DNA of 64,000 nt, from NCBI GenBank assembly GCA_965205855.1, contig OZ242184.1, positions 1,280,001 through 1,344,000 on the forward strand, read 5' to 3'. The notes under the pieces are model-generated. The model was not told the DNA's origin. It saw only the letters and a list, made by a program, of their open reading frames with translations, and did no database searches. The DNA is from Thermodesulfobacteriota bacterium (GTDB lineage Bacteria > Desulfobacterota_D > UBA1144 > Nemesobacterales > Mycalebacteriaceae). Position numbers and translations under genes: made by a program. Positions 49,069-59,334 of this stretch are shown piece by piece (the stretch's first letter is position 1; each line of letters opens with the position of its first letter).

Positions 49069-50859
49069 AGGACTTACTTTTATGCGAAATATTCCATTAC
49101 GTAAAGATCCTGAATTTGGCAATACATCAGGTGTGGGATGCACAAATTCACCTTGATTGGCGTCTCGTATTAGATAGTCATTTTCGGCGTCCGTCTTACA
49201 CCGGATCCACCTGTAAGAGTTGATGGGTATACTTTTTATGTCGTCCTTCTCTAAATTTATTGGCTTTAAGTATGTTGGGAATATTTTCCCTTTGTATATT
49301 TCCTCGCCCCCGGGCATTTGGGTCTGATCCATAACAATATCTCCAAAACCAAAAAGCTCCTGAAGATCAGGATTATTCTTGACAAGATTAGAAAGGAATT
49401 CCTTGCTGGATTCTTTCTCGATTTGTTCACTTTGGCGACGAAGTTTTATTTCTCGCGCATATTTTTTTAGTTCCCCGTCCTCTTTCAGGGAGTTTATAAC
49501 AATTTCCTTTAATTCCCTGGTCAATTCTATTTTTGCCATTCTTTCCCGGTCCGGCTTAAATACTGCGGAACGTGCCGTATTATCCATGGCATTACAGTCA
49601 ATTTGAACAAGGAGGTGATTTCTTAAATCATCAAGTTTTGCCTTTCCCAGAAAGCTGGCTCTCTCTTTGGCTTGAGATTGACCGTTGATTGTATAGAACA
49701 TTCTATATGGATGGTTACGCAGATAGTCTTTCATAGCGTCCAATACAAAATAAGATATGCGAATAGTTCCCAAGCTGAAATTCTCTGAATTTTCAACCAC
49801 GCCCTCAAAATCGACTTTGCTTGTTTCATCTTCATTATCATCGGATTTGAGTACCGTTTTCATGCCTGAAAAAGTCCTTGGTGCTATACCTTCCGATCTA
49901 AGACCAACCTTTGTTGGTTTCGCATCAAAGTCATAAAGACGAAGAGGCAAGGCACAGTCGATAAGGTTCGTCGTAAGCGCGTCATATAGACCTATGTCAA
50001 CCGCACGGGCCCCGGGGCCTATGTCATATTCATACAATTTCACAACGCTGCCTTCGTGAATAACCCCGATGTCTTCTCTATCAAAGACTTTTATTTCATC
50101 AGACTTAAAGCAAGCAATTTTACCACTGGGACAAAAATACTCGACCACCGGTAATTCTTCTCTTTTGCGAACCCCCCTCACTCTTATGAGAGTCCAGCCC
50201 CATAATCCGTCTGATTCGGATGTGGTTCTTTTGGAAAGAACAAATTTGTACATCCCTTTCCTAATTTCGCCCCGAGTGCAAAAAGTTATGGATCCGGTGC
50301 TACCCATGTTAAAACGACCTTGAACAAATGGTATCCCCTCTTTGTTTTTTTCTCCGAGAGACAAGAAAGTTTTTTCAAAATCCCCATGATTCTGACCTTC
50401 GCCGAAATCAACTATCGTATAATTGGGGAATTTATCCCTCTTGACTTTCCGCTTAACTCCTATCAGAACACACTTTTCAGCCAGTGCCGTTCTTTGCCCT
50501 TGACTCAGCAACGTCAATTTTCCTTCATGCACTTCGGGAAAAAATAATTTGACCGCTTCACTCATACTTCGGGGGAGCGTTTCGCTTTCAAAATTCAACC
50601 CTTTTTCCTTAGCCTTCCGCATAAGGATTGCATCAATAGAGTTAATAATCAGTTCTGCAAGCGCACCGACTGGTTCACTGGTTTGAACACCAACTCTGTC
50701 CCAATTCTTTTCAGCGCCGCCATAGGGCCTCCAATTTTCATCATCAGCAAATTCCGCCTGATCGATTAAAATTCGTTCAACTTCCTCGGTAGACATAGCA
50801 CGAAGAAGATGTTCCGCCGTTGATTTGGAAAGGTTACTGTTGGAAAATTTACTTGGCAT
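49063..50859 (-). CDS. Divergent GHKL/MORC-like ATPase, probably C-terminally truncated
   Basis: ELIINSIDA (N box), DFGEGQ (G1), GRFNMGSTG (G2); ends at the junction with the dcm remnant. Confidence 0.7.
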   Translation of the reverse strand: MPSKFSNSNLSKSTAEHLLRAMSTEEVERILIDQAEFADDENWRPYGGAEKNWDRVGVQTSEPVGALAELIINSIDAILMRKAKEKGLNFESETLPRSMSEAVKLFFPEVHEGKLTLLSQGQRTALAEKCVLIGVKRKVKRDKFPNYTIVDFGEGQNHGDFEKTFLSLGEKNKEGIPFVQGRFNMGSTGSITFCTRGEIRKGMYKFVLSKRTTSESDGLWGWTLIRVRGVRKREELPVVEYFCPSGKIACFKSDEIKVFDREDIGVIHEGSVVKLYEYDIGPGARAVDIGLYDALTTNLIDCALPLRLYDFDAKPTKVGLRSEGIAPRTFSGMKTVLKSDDNEDETSKVDFEGVVENSENFSLGTIRISYFVLDAMKDYLRNHPYRMFYTINGQSQAKERASFLGKAKLDDLRNHLLVQIDCNAMDNTARSAVFKPDRERMAKIELTRELKEIVINSLKEDGELKKYAREIKLRRQSEQIEKESSKEFLSNLVKNNPDLQELFGFGDIVMDQTQMPGGEEIYKGKIFPTYLKPINLEKDDIKSIPINSYRWIRCKTDAENDYLIRDANQGEFVHPTPDVLPNSGSLRNGIFRIKVSPP

Positions 50860-50905
50860 TGCTTAACAATAAAGAATGAGAAATCTGGAACAGGGTAGCA
50901 TTGGA

Positions 50906-51457
50906 TTACTTTACAATCAAACCCTCAACAACCTCTTCAAACCGCTTTGCTCTTTCCTGTCCGATATGGGTTTCCCCTATCATTTTATAAACAATTTTGC
51001 CACTACGGTCCACAATGTAGAAAGCGGGCCAGTAACGGTTTTGCATCTTTCTCCAGTATTTGAAATCATTGTCCATCATTACGGGATGGGTGAGATTGAA
51101 CTCCCTGACTTTCCCCTCCAGATTTTTTCTGCTTTTCTCGCGTTCAAACTCCGGCGTGTGTATTCCTATCACCCGAATTTCGCTGTTTGCAAAACGTTTT
51201 TCCATTTTCAAAAGCCAAGGGAAAGAACGGTAGGAATTCCAGCAGTCAAAAGCCCAGAAATACACAACGGTAACCTTGTTTTTAAGAGAGGACTTTTCAA
51301 GCGGCTCCGAGTTGAGCCAGTCTTTCTGCAGCGATGAGGTGAATTCCGGCAATTTGCGCGAAATAAAACCGTCCGCATGCGCGGGCGCGCCTCCGAATAC
51401 CGCGCACGCAAGAAAAAATATTGACGCAAGCAGAGATGTAATTCCGGTTTTTTTCAT
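50906..51457 (-). CDS. Exported thioredoxin-fold protein (DipZ C-terminal-like redoxin)
   Basis: Signal peptide (..AHA), FWAFDCWNS, IGIHTPEF, YWPA. Confidence 0.8.
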   Translation of the reverse strand: MKKTGITSLLASIFFLACAVFGGAPAHADGFISRKLPEFTSSLQKDWLNSEPLEKSSLKNKVTVVYFWAFDCWNSYRSFPWLLKMEKRFANSEIRVIGIHTPEFEREKSRKNLEGKVREFNLTHPVMMDNDFKYWRKMQNRYWPAFYIVDRSGKIVYKMIGETHIGQERAKRFEEVVEGLIVK

Positions 51458-51464
51458 AAGCAAC

Positions 51465-51860
51465 CTACGGAAGAAACCTATCGGAATGCTCCGGCGGCGG
51501 CAACCTGCATGAATCCAGATTTCCAAACCACCGGTAGCGGTTTGAGGCAATGCGGCGGTAAATTGAATCCCGTATAAATCCGGGGACATACATAAAAACT
51601 CCAAAAAGCGGCCAAGCCCCTCCGAGACCGGTGAGAATTTTTATTACCGCCGTGGAATCACGGCAGATTCCGTCTCTGTCCGAATAAAAAATGCTCCACT
51701 TGCGGAAATCATCCGGAAGCGGCGGCAACACTCCGGCCGCGGTCTCTCCCTGAACCGGAGAAAAAAGAAACTTTCGCTTGTGGTCTCTTTCCAGAATAAA
51801 ATCAACAAACCCGTTGCAAAAACCGCAAACGCCGTCAAAAAAAACCACACGCCTGTTCAC
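51465..51860 (-). CDS. DCC1-like thiol-disulfide oxidoreductase (DUF393)
   Basis: [22 protein letters not shown]. Confidence 0.88.
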   Translation of the reverse strand: MNRRVVFFDGVCGFCNGFVDFILERDHKRKFLFSPVQGETAAGVLPPLPDDFRKWSIFYSDRDGICRDSTAVIKILTGLGGAWPLFGVFMYVPGFIRDSIYRRIASNRYRWFGNLDSCRLPPPEHSDRFLP

Positions 51861-53116
51861 GAAAACACCGCAAGTAAAAGACCCGCGGCAACCGCCGAAC
51901 CGAGAACTCCGGCGACATTGGGACCCATCGCGTGCATAAGCAGAACATTCTGAGGGTCTTCCTTCGCACCAACCTCCTGAGAAACACGCGCTGCCATCGG
52001 AACCGCGGACACGCCCGCCGAACCGATAAGAGGGTTTATCTTGTTTACGGATAAGCGGTTGAGCAGTTTTGCCTGCAAAACTCCCGATGCGGTCGCCACG
52101 GCAAAAGCTATTACTCCGAGCAGAAGAATACCTATGGTTTCAAGTGTCAGAAACTCTTTGGCGGATAGTTTTGAGCCCACTCCGAGACCGAGAAAGATGG
52201 TAGTGATATTTATAAGCGAGTTTTGAGCGGTATCTGTAAGACGGTCCACAACACCGCACTCCTTCATCAGATTACCGAACATAAAAAACCCTATAAGCGG
52301 CGCGGCAGACGGAAGAAAAAGCGCGCACAGCACAACGGAGATAAGAGGAAACAGGATTTTTTCCGTTTTTCCCACAGGCCTAAGCTGCTTCATCCTGATC
52401 CTCCTTTCCTCTTTTGTTGTAAGGGCTTTCATTATTGGAGGCTGTATCAGGGGAACAAGCGCCATATAGGAATAGGCGGCGACGGAGATTGCTCCCAGAA
52501 GTCTGGGAGACAACTGGGATGAGACATATATTGCCGTCGGACCGTCCGCTCCGCCTATGATGCCTATGGACGCCGCATCCGCAAAAGAGAAATCTATTGC
52601 TTCAACAAAATGAGTGAGCGCGAGCGCCCCGATAAGGGTGGCAAATATGCCAAACTGCGCCGCGACTCCGAGAAGTATTGTTTTGGGATTGGCGATAAGG
52701 GGCCCGAAATCCGTAAGCGAGCCGACTCCCATGAAAATTATCAGCGGAAAAACACCCGTCTTTATGCCTATGTTGTAAACATAGTTAAGAACCCCTCCCG
52801 GCTCGTTTATGCCGGCAAGCGGTATGTTGGAAAGTATGCACCCGAAACCTATCGTAACAAGCAAAAGTGGCTCAAACCCTTTTTTTATTCCCAGATAGAG
52901 AAGCAGAAAACCCACGGAAACCATCATGAGCTGTCCGGGGCCCTCAACCCATGAGTCGCCGTATGTGAAAAAACCGTTTACACCGGTCTCCTCGGCAAGG
53001 TTGAGCAAAATTCGGCCAAGCGAAGGAAGATCATTGTCGCCGCCACCCACGGCAAAAGCCGGAAGCGCGCAAGCCACAAGAACAAACACGGCGAAAAAGA
53101 AAGATATTTTTTTCAT
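51857..53116 (-). CDS. oadB: Na+-translocating decarboxylase beta subunit
   Basis: [43 protein letters not shown]. Confidence 0.93.
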   Translation of the reverse strand: MKKISFFFAVFVLVACALPAFAVGGGDNDLPSLGRILLNLAEETGVNGFFTYGDSWVEGPGQLMMVSVGFLLLYLGIKKGFEPLLLVTIGFGCILSNIPLAGINEPGGVLNYVYNIGIKTGVFPLIIFMGVGSLTDFGPLIANPKTILLGVAAQFGIFATLIGALALTHFVEAIDFSFADAASIGIIGGADGPTAIYVSSQLSPRLLGAISVAAYSYMALVPLIQPPIMKALTTKEERRIRMKQLRPVGKTEKILFPLISVVLCALFLPSAAPLIGFFMFGNLMKECGVVDRLTDTAQNSLINITTIFLGLGVGSKLSAKEFLTLETIGILLLGVIAFAVATASGVLQAKLLNRLSVNKINPLIGSAGVSAVPMAARVSQEVGAKEDPQNVLLMHAMGPNVAGVLGSAVAAGLLLAVFS

Positions 53117-53132
53117 GCCAAACAAGTTTTCG

Positions 53133-54971
53133 TCAGTCCGAGTTGATTGTGAGCAGAATCTGCCCCGTTTCAACAACATCCCCGACATTGACATCTATTG
53201 ACGCCACCACACCGGAACACGGAGACGCGGCCGGGGTCTGCATTTTCATTGCCTCAAGCAGTATCAGAGGCTGGTTTTCCTCAACTTTGTCCCCAACCGA
53301 GACGGAAATTTTATAAACACTTCCGGGTACCGCGGACACAAGCTGCGTAACATCGCCCCCGGCTGAGGGAGAGGGAGTAGATTGCGCCGGAGATTTTCCG
53401 GCGGCGTCACCCTGCGTCCCTTCGCTGACACGCACGGCGTAGTCCCTGCCGTCAACGGTAATGGCGAAAGTATCATCTTTTCCGCGTATGCGCACGGCGT
53501 AGTCCTTGTTGTCAACGGAAACGGTGAAGGCATCGGGGGTCTTGCCCGAAGAATCCGCGCCGCTTTTTCCGGTGGTTTCTTTCCTGACATTCACGGAAAA
53601 ATCGCCTTTAAGAAACTCAAGCCCCTTGTTTCCTCCGGCGGTCTCAAGAGCGCCCACTATAAAGATGTTTTCTTCGGTTACGGGCAAACCCTCCCTTTCA
53701 AGTATCACCTTTGCAGCCGGAATCCCCGGCTCAATTATCTCAAGAGGGTCACCTTCAAAGCGGGATTTTCCCATCTGCTCTTCGGCTATTTTTACAACCT
53801 CCGGGTCCGGCGGGACGGGCGTACGCCCAAAGTAACCCAGAACCATATTGCCGTACCCGTCCGTTATTTTTTTCCACTTTCCCTGTGTTACATTGGCAAA
53901 AGCCTGCTGAAAATAGAATTGCGAAACCGGCGTTACCGAAGTTCCAAAGCCTCCCTTGGCAACACACTCGGACATCTCCTCTATCACTTTCGGATAAAGG
54001 GCGAGCGTGTTGGTGTCGCGCATCATCATCGTATTTGCCGTGAGCGCACCGCCGGGCATCGGTGAAAGCAGAACCTCGGAGGAAATTCCGAGCGCTTCGG
54101 GAGGAAAATAGTAGTCCGCCATACACTCCTTGAAAACCGCGTTCGCCTCAAGAATCTTCTGTAAATCCACATCAAGGGTGAAATCGGTTCCCTTGAGAGC
54201 GCCGCACATGGAGATAATGTCCGGCTGGGATGTTCCTCCGGAAACGGGAGCTCTCGCGACGCATATCCCGTCGCAGCCGGCTTCTATCGCCGCGGTGTAC
54301 TGGGCGATTCCCTGAGACGCCGTTTCATGGGTGTGAACCCAGATGACAGTGTCATCGCCGACAATTTTTCTCGCCTCTCTGACCGTGTCGTAAACTTTGC
54401 GGGGATTTGATGTTCCCGAAGCGTCCTTGAAACAGATGGAGTCAAACGGGAGCCCGGAGTCAAGTATTTCCCGGACTTTGGAAACATAAAACTCCGATTC
54501 ATGCGCGCCTTCGCATCCCGGAGGAAGCTCCATCATCGTAACAACAACCTGATGGTGAATACCGGCGTTTTTTATGCATTGAGCCGAATACTCAAGGTTT
54601 CTCACATCGTTGAGGGCATCAAAATTCCTTATATGCGTTATACCGTGCTTTTTGAACATACGGGCGTGAAGGTCAATCATGTCCCTGGGTTGCGCGGAAA
54701 GAGCGACAACATTGATGCCCCTTGCAAGAGTCTGAAGATTGACATTCGGACCGACCGCGTTTCTGAAACTGTCCATCATATCAAAGGCGGACTCCCCGCA
54801 ATAGAGGAAAAGACTCTGAAATCTCGCGCCACCGCCCGCTTCAAAATGGGTTATTCCCGCGCCGCTCGCGGCTTCAACAGCCGGAATGAAATCTTCGGTT
54901 AACACGCGCGCGCCGAAGAACGATTGAAATCCGTCCCTGAAAGATGTGTCCTGAAAAAGTATTTTCTTCAT
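53133..54971 (-). CDS. oadA: Oxaloacetate decarboxylase alpha subunit (carboxyltransferase plus biotin carrier)
   Basis: [36 protein letters not shown] biotin site. Confidence 0.9.
   Translation of the reverse strand: MKKILFQDTSFRDGFQSFFGARVLTEDFIPAVEAASGAGITHFEAGGGARFQSLFLYCGESAFDMMDSFRNAVGPNVNLQTLARGINVVALSAQPRDMIDLHARMFKKHGITHIRNFDALNDVRNLEYSAQCIKNAGIHHQVVVTMMELPPGCEGAHESEFYVSKVREILDSGLPFDSICFKDASGTSNPRKVYDTVREARKIVGDDTVIWVHTHETASQGIAQYTAAIEAGCDGICVARAPVSGGTSQPDIISMCGALKGTDFTLDVDLQKILEANAVFKECMADYYFPPEALGISSEVLLSPMPGGALTANTMMMRDTNTLALYPKVIEEMSECVAKGGFGTSVTPVSQFYFQQAFANVTQGKWKKITDGYGNMVLGYFGRTPVPPDPEVVKIAEEQMGKSRFEGDPLEIIEPGIPAAKVILEREGLPVTEENIFIVGALETAGGNKGLEFLKGDFSVNVRKETTGKSGADSSGKTPDAFTVSVDNKDYAVRIRGKDDTFAITVDGRDYAVRVSEGTQGDAAGKSPAQSTPSPSAGGDVTQLVSAVPGSVYKISVSVGDKVEENQPLILLEAMKMQTPAASPCSGVVASIDVNVGDVVETGQILLTINSD
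53431..53534 (-). repeat. Imperfect tandem duplication with 60-bp period in the oadA linker
   Basis: cgcacggcgtagtcc at 53431 and 53491; encodes [15 protein letters not shown] and [15 protein letters not shown]. Confidence 0.8.
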
Positions 54972-54987
54972 ATCGTAAAAACAGACC

Positions 54988-55227
54988 TCACACTCTTTTT
55001 GATTTGTATACCGAAACCGCTGCGGATACAACGGCGACAACCCTGCCGCTGTCCTCATAGTCCGGACTTGCGCCCGAAGACGGATTTTGAGTTGCCGGCA
55101 TCGCGGACGACTCGGACGCCGTGTCGAAAAAATAGGCGGAGACTTTTATCAGAACCAGAAGCAATGTGAGGAAAACATAGACAACAAACATCCCCGCAAG
55201 CATAAGTTTTAAGCCCTCAAACAGCAT
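54988..55227 (-). CDS. oadG: Decarboxylase gamma subunit
   Basis: GMFVVYVFLTLL TM helix, VAVVSAAV; upstream of oadA. Confidence 0.85.
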   Translation of the reverse strand: MLFEGLKLMLAGMFVVYVFLTLLLVLIKVSAYFFDTASESSAMPATQNPSSGASPDYEDSGRVVAVVSAAVSVYKSKRV

Positions 55228-55294
55228 AGGTAACGGTTGGCTGACAAGCTTGTACAGCTGTGTTATTTAACAGGAAGCGGGCTTTGTTGTCAAC

Positions 55295-55322
55295 TTGACC
55301 GAAACGCTATTTGTGGTACTTT
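55295..55322 (+). promoter_or_regulatory. Candidate sigma70 promoter of the rpmH operon
   Basis: TTGACC-16 nt-TACTTT with upstream TG. Confidence 0.4.
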
Positions 55323-55336
55323 TACGCTTATCTGTT

Positions 55337-55486
55337 ATGAAAAGAACTTTTCAACCGCACAGAAAAAAGGCAATAAAAACCCACGGATTCCGCGCAAGGA
55401 TGGCGACCGTGGGCGGACGTCGCACTTTAAAGAGACGGGTGCAGAAGGGCAGACATGTTTTGACCTTACAGTTCCGGTCAAAATGA
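55337..55486 (+). CDS. rpmH: 50S ribosomal protein L34
   Basis: MKRTFQP...[12 protein letters not shown]...RR..KGR. Confidence 0.95.
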   Translation: MKRTFQPHRKKAIKTHGFRARMATVGGRRTLKRRVQKGRHVLTLQFRSK

Positions 55487-55833
55487 GCATAAACCACGGT
55501 GCGAAGCTTCGGAAAAGAGAAAAATTGATGGAAAAAGCCGAGTATGTGCGAGTCCTGAAAAAAGGAAATAGGGTTTCTTCCGCAAATTTCACCCTCGCGG
55601 TGCTGGAAAACGGCCTGGTTTTTCCGCGTATCGGTCATGTTGTGGCAAAAAAAACGGTTTCGCACGCGGTTTCGCGCAATAAAATCAAACGTTACTTCAG
55701 GGAAGTGTTCAGACTCAACAAACGGGAATTCGGCGAAAAAGACTTTATTTTCATAGCGAAAAGCGATGTGTCAAACCTCTCTCTGAAAACTTTCGGCGGG
55801 GAAATACTGCGCCTGATAAACGGGGAGAAATGA
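55483..55833 (+). CDS. rnpA: Ribonuclease P protein component
   Basis: PRIG.VVAKK...[13 protein letters not shown]; position after rpmH. Confidence 0.9.
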   Translation: MSINHGAKLRKREKLMEKAEYVRVLKKGNRVSSANFTLAVLENGLVFPRIGHVVAKKTVSHAVSRNKIKRYFREVFRLNKREFGEKDFIFIAKSDVSNLSLKTFGGEILRLINGEK

Positions 55834-55834
55834 A

Positions 55835-56092
55835 ATGGCTACCCGCGCGGTTACCGTTCTGGCGGTTTTTCTCATAAAACTGTACAGAATTTCAATCTCG
55901 CCTCTTCTGGGCCCTCGGTGTCGTTTCCATCCGACATGCTCGTCCTATTCTCTTGAAGCGATAAAACTGCGCGGTCTGAGAAACGGAGGGATGATGGCTC
56001 TGCGCAGAATCGCCAAATGTCATCCTCTCAACCCCGGTGGCTACGACCCGGTAAGCGGACACGGAGCGGGAAAAAACCCCGAAAACAGATAG
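55835..56092 (+). CDS. yidD: Membrane protein insertion efficiency factor
   Basis: ISP...[10 protein letters not shown]...RI.KCHP..PGGYDPV. Confidence 0.93.
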   Translation: MATRAVTVLAVFLIKLYRISISPLLGPRCRFHPTCSSYSLEAIKLRGLRNGGMMALRRIAKCHPLNPGGYDPVSGHGAGKNPENR

Positions 56093-56096
56093 CACA

Positions 56097-57740
56097 ATGC
56101 AGGATGAAAAACTCACTTCCAATTACATAATTTTTGTCGTCCTCGCTCTGGTGGTTATTTTCGGATACGCAAAGCTGTTCCCCGGCCCCGTGAACGAAAC
56201 GGACGGCGCTTCCGAACCTAAGACGGCCGAGTCCGTGCCGGAAAAAAACAAAACCGTAAAATCTGCCACGCCAGTCGCACAAACCAAAAACCTGTGGAAC
56301 AACTCGCAAAACGGAAAAATAATAGAGATTCAAACCCCGCTGTACATCGCGCATCTTGACACCGCGGGTGGAAAAATAAAAAAATGGATACTCAAAAACT
56401 ACTCGGAAGACACCGGCAGAGAAGACAACCTGAACCTTGTGGATGCCTCGTCAAGCGCTCCCGAAGTGGTTTTATCTTTTGAAAAAGCAACCATTCCAAA
56501 TGTAATTCCCTTTGAATACAAGGGAGAAAAGGTTGTTGTCGTGGAAGGAATAGCGCGGGAGATAGCGCTTTCATATGAGAAAAACGGCGTAAAAGTCGTA
56601 AAAAAACTGTCTTTTGCTCCAGACACATACCTGATTGGCGGCAAGTATGAGATACAAAACGACTCTTCCGAAACAGTAGAATACGCCGAGCATTTCCTCC
56701 AATACGGAAAAATAGAGGAGGAAAAATACGGACCCAGCGATGCCCTTGTTGTTTCAATCAGCGGAGATAGAAAACAGTTTAACGCTCCGGGAGATGTGGA
56801 GGAACCTCTTTCCGGTAGCGTGGACTGGTTGGGGTTTTCAAGGAAATACTTTCTGCTCGCGGTTCTGCCACAATCCGGCGAAAAGACCGATATTTATGCC
56901 TCAAACAAAGACGACCGCGGCGTGGACACGCGCTTCTCATACGGAAGATTCTCCGTCCCTTCGGGCACGACCTCTTCGCGCAGATGGAAGTCATATATCG
57001 GACCCAAAAAGGAGGATATGTTAAAGGCCTCCGGCTACGGGCTTGAGAACTCCATCGATTACGGATGGCTTGGAACGCTTTCAAAACTCGCTGTAAGGGT
57101 GCTCAAATACACAAACCAGACTTTCAACAATTACGGAGTTTCAATAATTGTCATAACGATTGTGTTCAGGCTGCTGTTTCTTCCCCTTTCCATAAAAGGA
57201 ATGCGCTCAATGAAAAAAATGCAGAAGAAAATGGAATCCGTAAAACCGAAACTCGATTTGTTGAAGGAAAAATTCAAAGATGACAAACAACGCCTTAACG
57301 ACGAGACAATGAAACTCTACACAAGCCACGGAATCAACCCGCTCAGCAGCCTTGGCGGATGCCTGCCGATGCTCGCCCAGATTCCCGTGTTCATAGCGCT
57401 TTACTACGGACTGCTCTATTCAATAGAGTTGCGCCACAGTTCTTTTCTGTGGATAGACGATCTGTCTGCGCCCGAAGTTCTTTTCAACATACCCTGGACG
57501 TCGGCGCCTTTCAGAATTCTGCCCCTCGCCATGGGGATTTCATGGTGGCTTTCAACAAAACTCACCCCAATGACTGCGGGCGGCGACATGGCTTCAATGC
57601 AGGCGAAAATAATGCAGTTTATGCCCGTTGTATTCACTTTTGTCATGTGGGATTTTCCGTCCGGGCTTGTGCTTTACTGGACGGCAAGCAATGTGCTGAG
57701 CGTCGGGCAGCAGTTATATATAAACAGGAGCACCGCCTGA
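56097..57740 (+). CDS. yidC: Membrane protein insertase
   Basis: YIGPK, IDYGW, NYGVSII, GGCLPML.QIPVF, PSGLVLYW. Confidence 0.96.
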   Translation: MQDEKLTSNYIIFVVLALVVIFGYAKLFPGPVNETDGASEPKTAESVPEKNKTVKSATPVAQTKNLWNNSQNGKIIEIQTPLYIAHLDTAGGKIKKWILKNYSEDTGREDNLNLVDASSSAPEVVLSFEKATIPNVIPFEYKGEKVVVVEGIAREIALSYEKNGVKVVKKLSFAPDTYLIGGKYEIQNDSSETVEYAEHFLQYGKIEEEKYGPSDALVVSISGDRKQFNAPGDVEEPLSGSVDWLGFSRKYFLLAVLPQSGEKTDIYASNKDDRGVDTRFSYGRFSVPSGTTSSRRWKSYIGPKKEDMLKASGYGLENSIDYGWLGTLSKLAVRVLKYTNQTFNNYGVSIIVITIVFRLLFLPLSIKGMRSMKKMQKKMESVKPKLDLLKEKFKDDKQRLNDETMKLYTSHGINPLSSLGGCLPMLAQIPVFIALYYGLLYSIELRHSSFLWIDDLSAPEVLFNIPWTSAPFRILPLAMGISWWLSTKLTPMTAGGDMASMQAKIMQFMPVVFTFVMWDFPSGLVLYWTASNVLSVGQQLYINRSTA

Positions 57741-57778
57741 GGCGGAAACAAAAAACCGGATAGTCGGAGGAAATAAAA

Positions 57779-58471
57779 ATGCGAACAATTGAAAAAGAAG
57801 CGGACACGACGGAAGAAGCTTTTGAGAAAGCCCTTCTGGAACTCGGAGCCCGCAGAGACGAAGTTGAAATGGAAGTTTTACAGGAAGCTTCAAGGGGAAT
57901 TTTCGGAATCGGCAGCAGAAAAGCGAAGGTCAAAATCACCTTAAAAAGCGGGGTCAGCGCGCCGTCTGCGGCGAGCCGTTCTTCCGAAGGGATGCTTGAG
58001 GAAGCTGGCAAAGCAACCGGGAAAATTCTGGATATGATGGGAATTGAGCATTCCATGAAAACCTTGGAAACCGATTCTGCTGTGCAAGTGGATTTGAAAG
58101 TTGAAGAGTCTCAGGGCTTGCTCATAGGAAAATACGGGGAAACGCTGAGAAATCTCGAATATGTGGTATCCAGGATAGTTTCGGTAAAGACGGGACAGCA
58201 GTCGGGACAAGGGAAAAGGGTCTCAATAGATATAAACGACTACAAGAGAGAAAGAGAGAAAGAGATTGAGAGAAAAGCCGTGGAAGCCGCGAAAAAGGTC
58301 GTGGGGTCGGGAAGGCCGTTCACCTTCCACAGGATGCAAGCTTACGAGAGAAAGGTTGTCTATACGGCGGTCAGGAACATGAAAGGAATAAAGTTTGAGA
58401 CAAAAGAGGACGGTAACGCGAAAAAGATCACATTCCTGCCGGTCGGTGAAGGAAAAGACAACCGGAAGTAG
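57779..58471 (+). CDS. jag: Jag/KhpB RNA-binding protein
   Basis: Jag_N domain (GIFGIG), KH domain LIGKYGETL, degenerate R3H. Confidence 0.88.
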   Translation: MRTIEKEADTTEEAFEKALLELGARRDEVEMEVLQEASRGIFGIGSRKAKVKITLKSGVSAPSAASRSSEGMLEEAGKATGKILDMMGIEHSMKTLETDSAVQVDLKVEESQGLLIGKYGETLRNLEYVVSRIVSVKTGQQSGQGKRVSIDINDYKREREKEIERKAVEAAKKVVGSGRPFTFHRMQAYERKVVYTAVRNMKGIKFETKEDGNAKKITFLPVGEGKDNRK

Positions 58472-58476
58472 CAGTT

Positions 58477-59220
58477 TTGAAACGCGAGGCGGAAATCTTC
58501 GTTGAAATTGTATCCTCGTCCCGCGGAGGTGCGGCACTTACAGGCGCGGGCATAAGCACGGAATCCGGAATCCCGGACTACAGATCTCCCGAAAAGGGAC
58601 TTTGGGAAAAGATGGACCAGTCGGTTGTATCGTTGGACGGGTTTATGAAAGATCCCGCCGCCTATTATTCATACGCTCTGGAACTCCATCCCGTGCGCAG
58701 TGCGGCAAAGCCGAACGCCGGACATTTTCTTTTTTACGAACTTGAGAACCGAGAAATGATTGGCGGAGTAATAACTCAGAATGTGGACGGGCTTCACTTT
58801 GAGGCGGGTTCTAAAACCGTGCATGAACTTCACGGCTCTATAAGGGAAACCGTCTGTCTTGAGTGCGGCGGGTTTGTGCCGATGGACGATGTTATGCGAA
58901 GAGTTGCCGGAGGCGAAGTCGCTCCTTTGTGTGAATGCGGCGGGGTTTTGAAGCCCAACGCGGTGTTCTTCGGCGAGCCGCTGCCCCGTGAGCCGTGGAA
59001 CAATGCGGTGAAACTTACCGAAAATTCCGATTTGCTCATAGTAGCTGGATCATCGCTTCAGGTAACACCGGCAAGCACAATACCCCAAATCGCTCTCAGG
59101 AAAGGAGCAAAACTGATTATTCTGAATCTTATGGAAACACCCTACGACGATGAAGCCGACCTTGTGGTGAGGGAGAAAATCGGAGAATTCGCACAGAAAG
59201 TGGTCAATATACTTATTTAG
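58477..59220 (+). CDS. cobB: NAD-dependent protein deacylase (sirtuin)
   Basis: GAGISTESGIPDYRS, TQNVDGLH, HGS, CxxC/CxC Zn site, GSSLQV.PA. Confidence 0.92.
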   Translation: MKREAEIFVEIVSSSRGGAALTGAGISTESGIPDYRSPEKGLWEKMDQSVVSLDGFMKDPAAYYSYALELHPVRSAAKPNAGHFLFYELENREMIGGVITQNVDGLHFEAGSKTVHELHGSIRETVCLECGGFVPMDDVMRRVAGGEVAPLCECGGVLKPNAVFFGEPLPREPWNNAVKLTENSDLLIVAGSSLQVTPASTIPQIALRKGAKLIILNLMETPYDDEADLVVREKIGEFAQKVVNILI

Positions 59221-59276
59221 CATATTGCCGCCCTGCTCCACAAAACTCCGTATCCACACGACTACGAATGTCATGC

Positions 59277-59310
59277 AAAAAAAAGAGGAGACAACCGCCT
59301 CCTCTTTTTT
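59277..59310. terminator. Bidirectional intrinsic terminator
   Basis: AAAAAAAAGAGGAG-ACAACCGC-CTCCTCTTTTTT inverted repeat between convergent genes. Confidence 0.75.
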
Positions 59311-59334
59311 AACTGAAACCTGAGAAACTCGGGC

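Noticed and set aside
50876-51337. 153-aa plus-strand ORF
   Set aside because: Antisense to the motif-supported redoxin gene.
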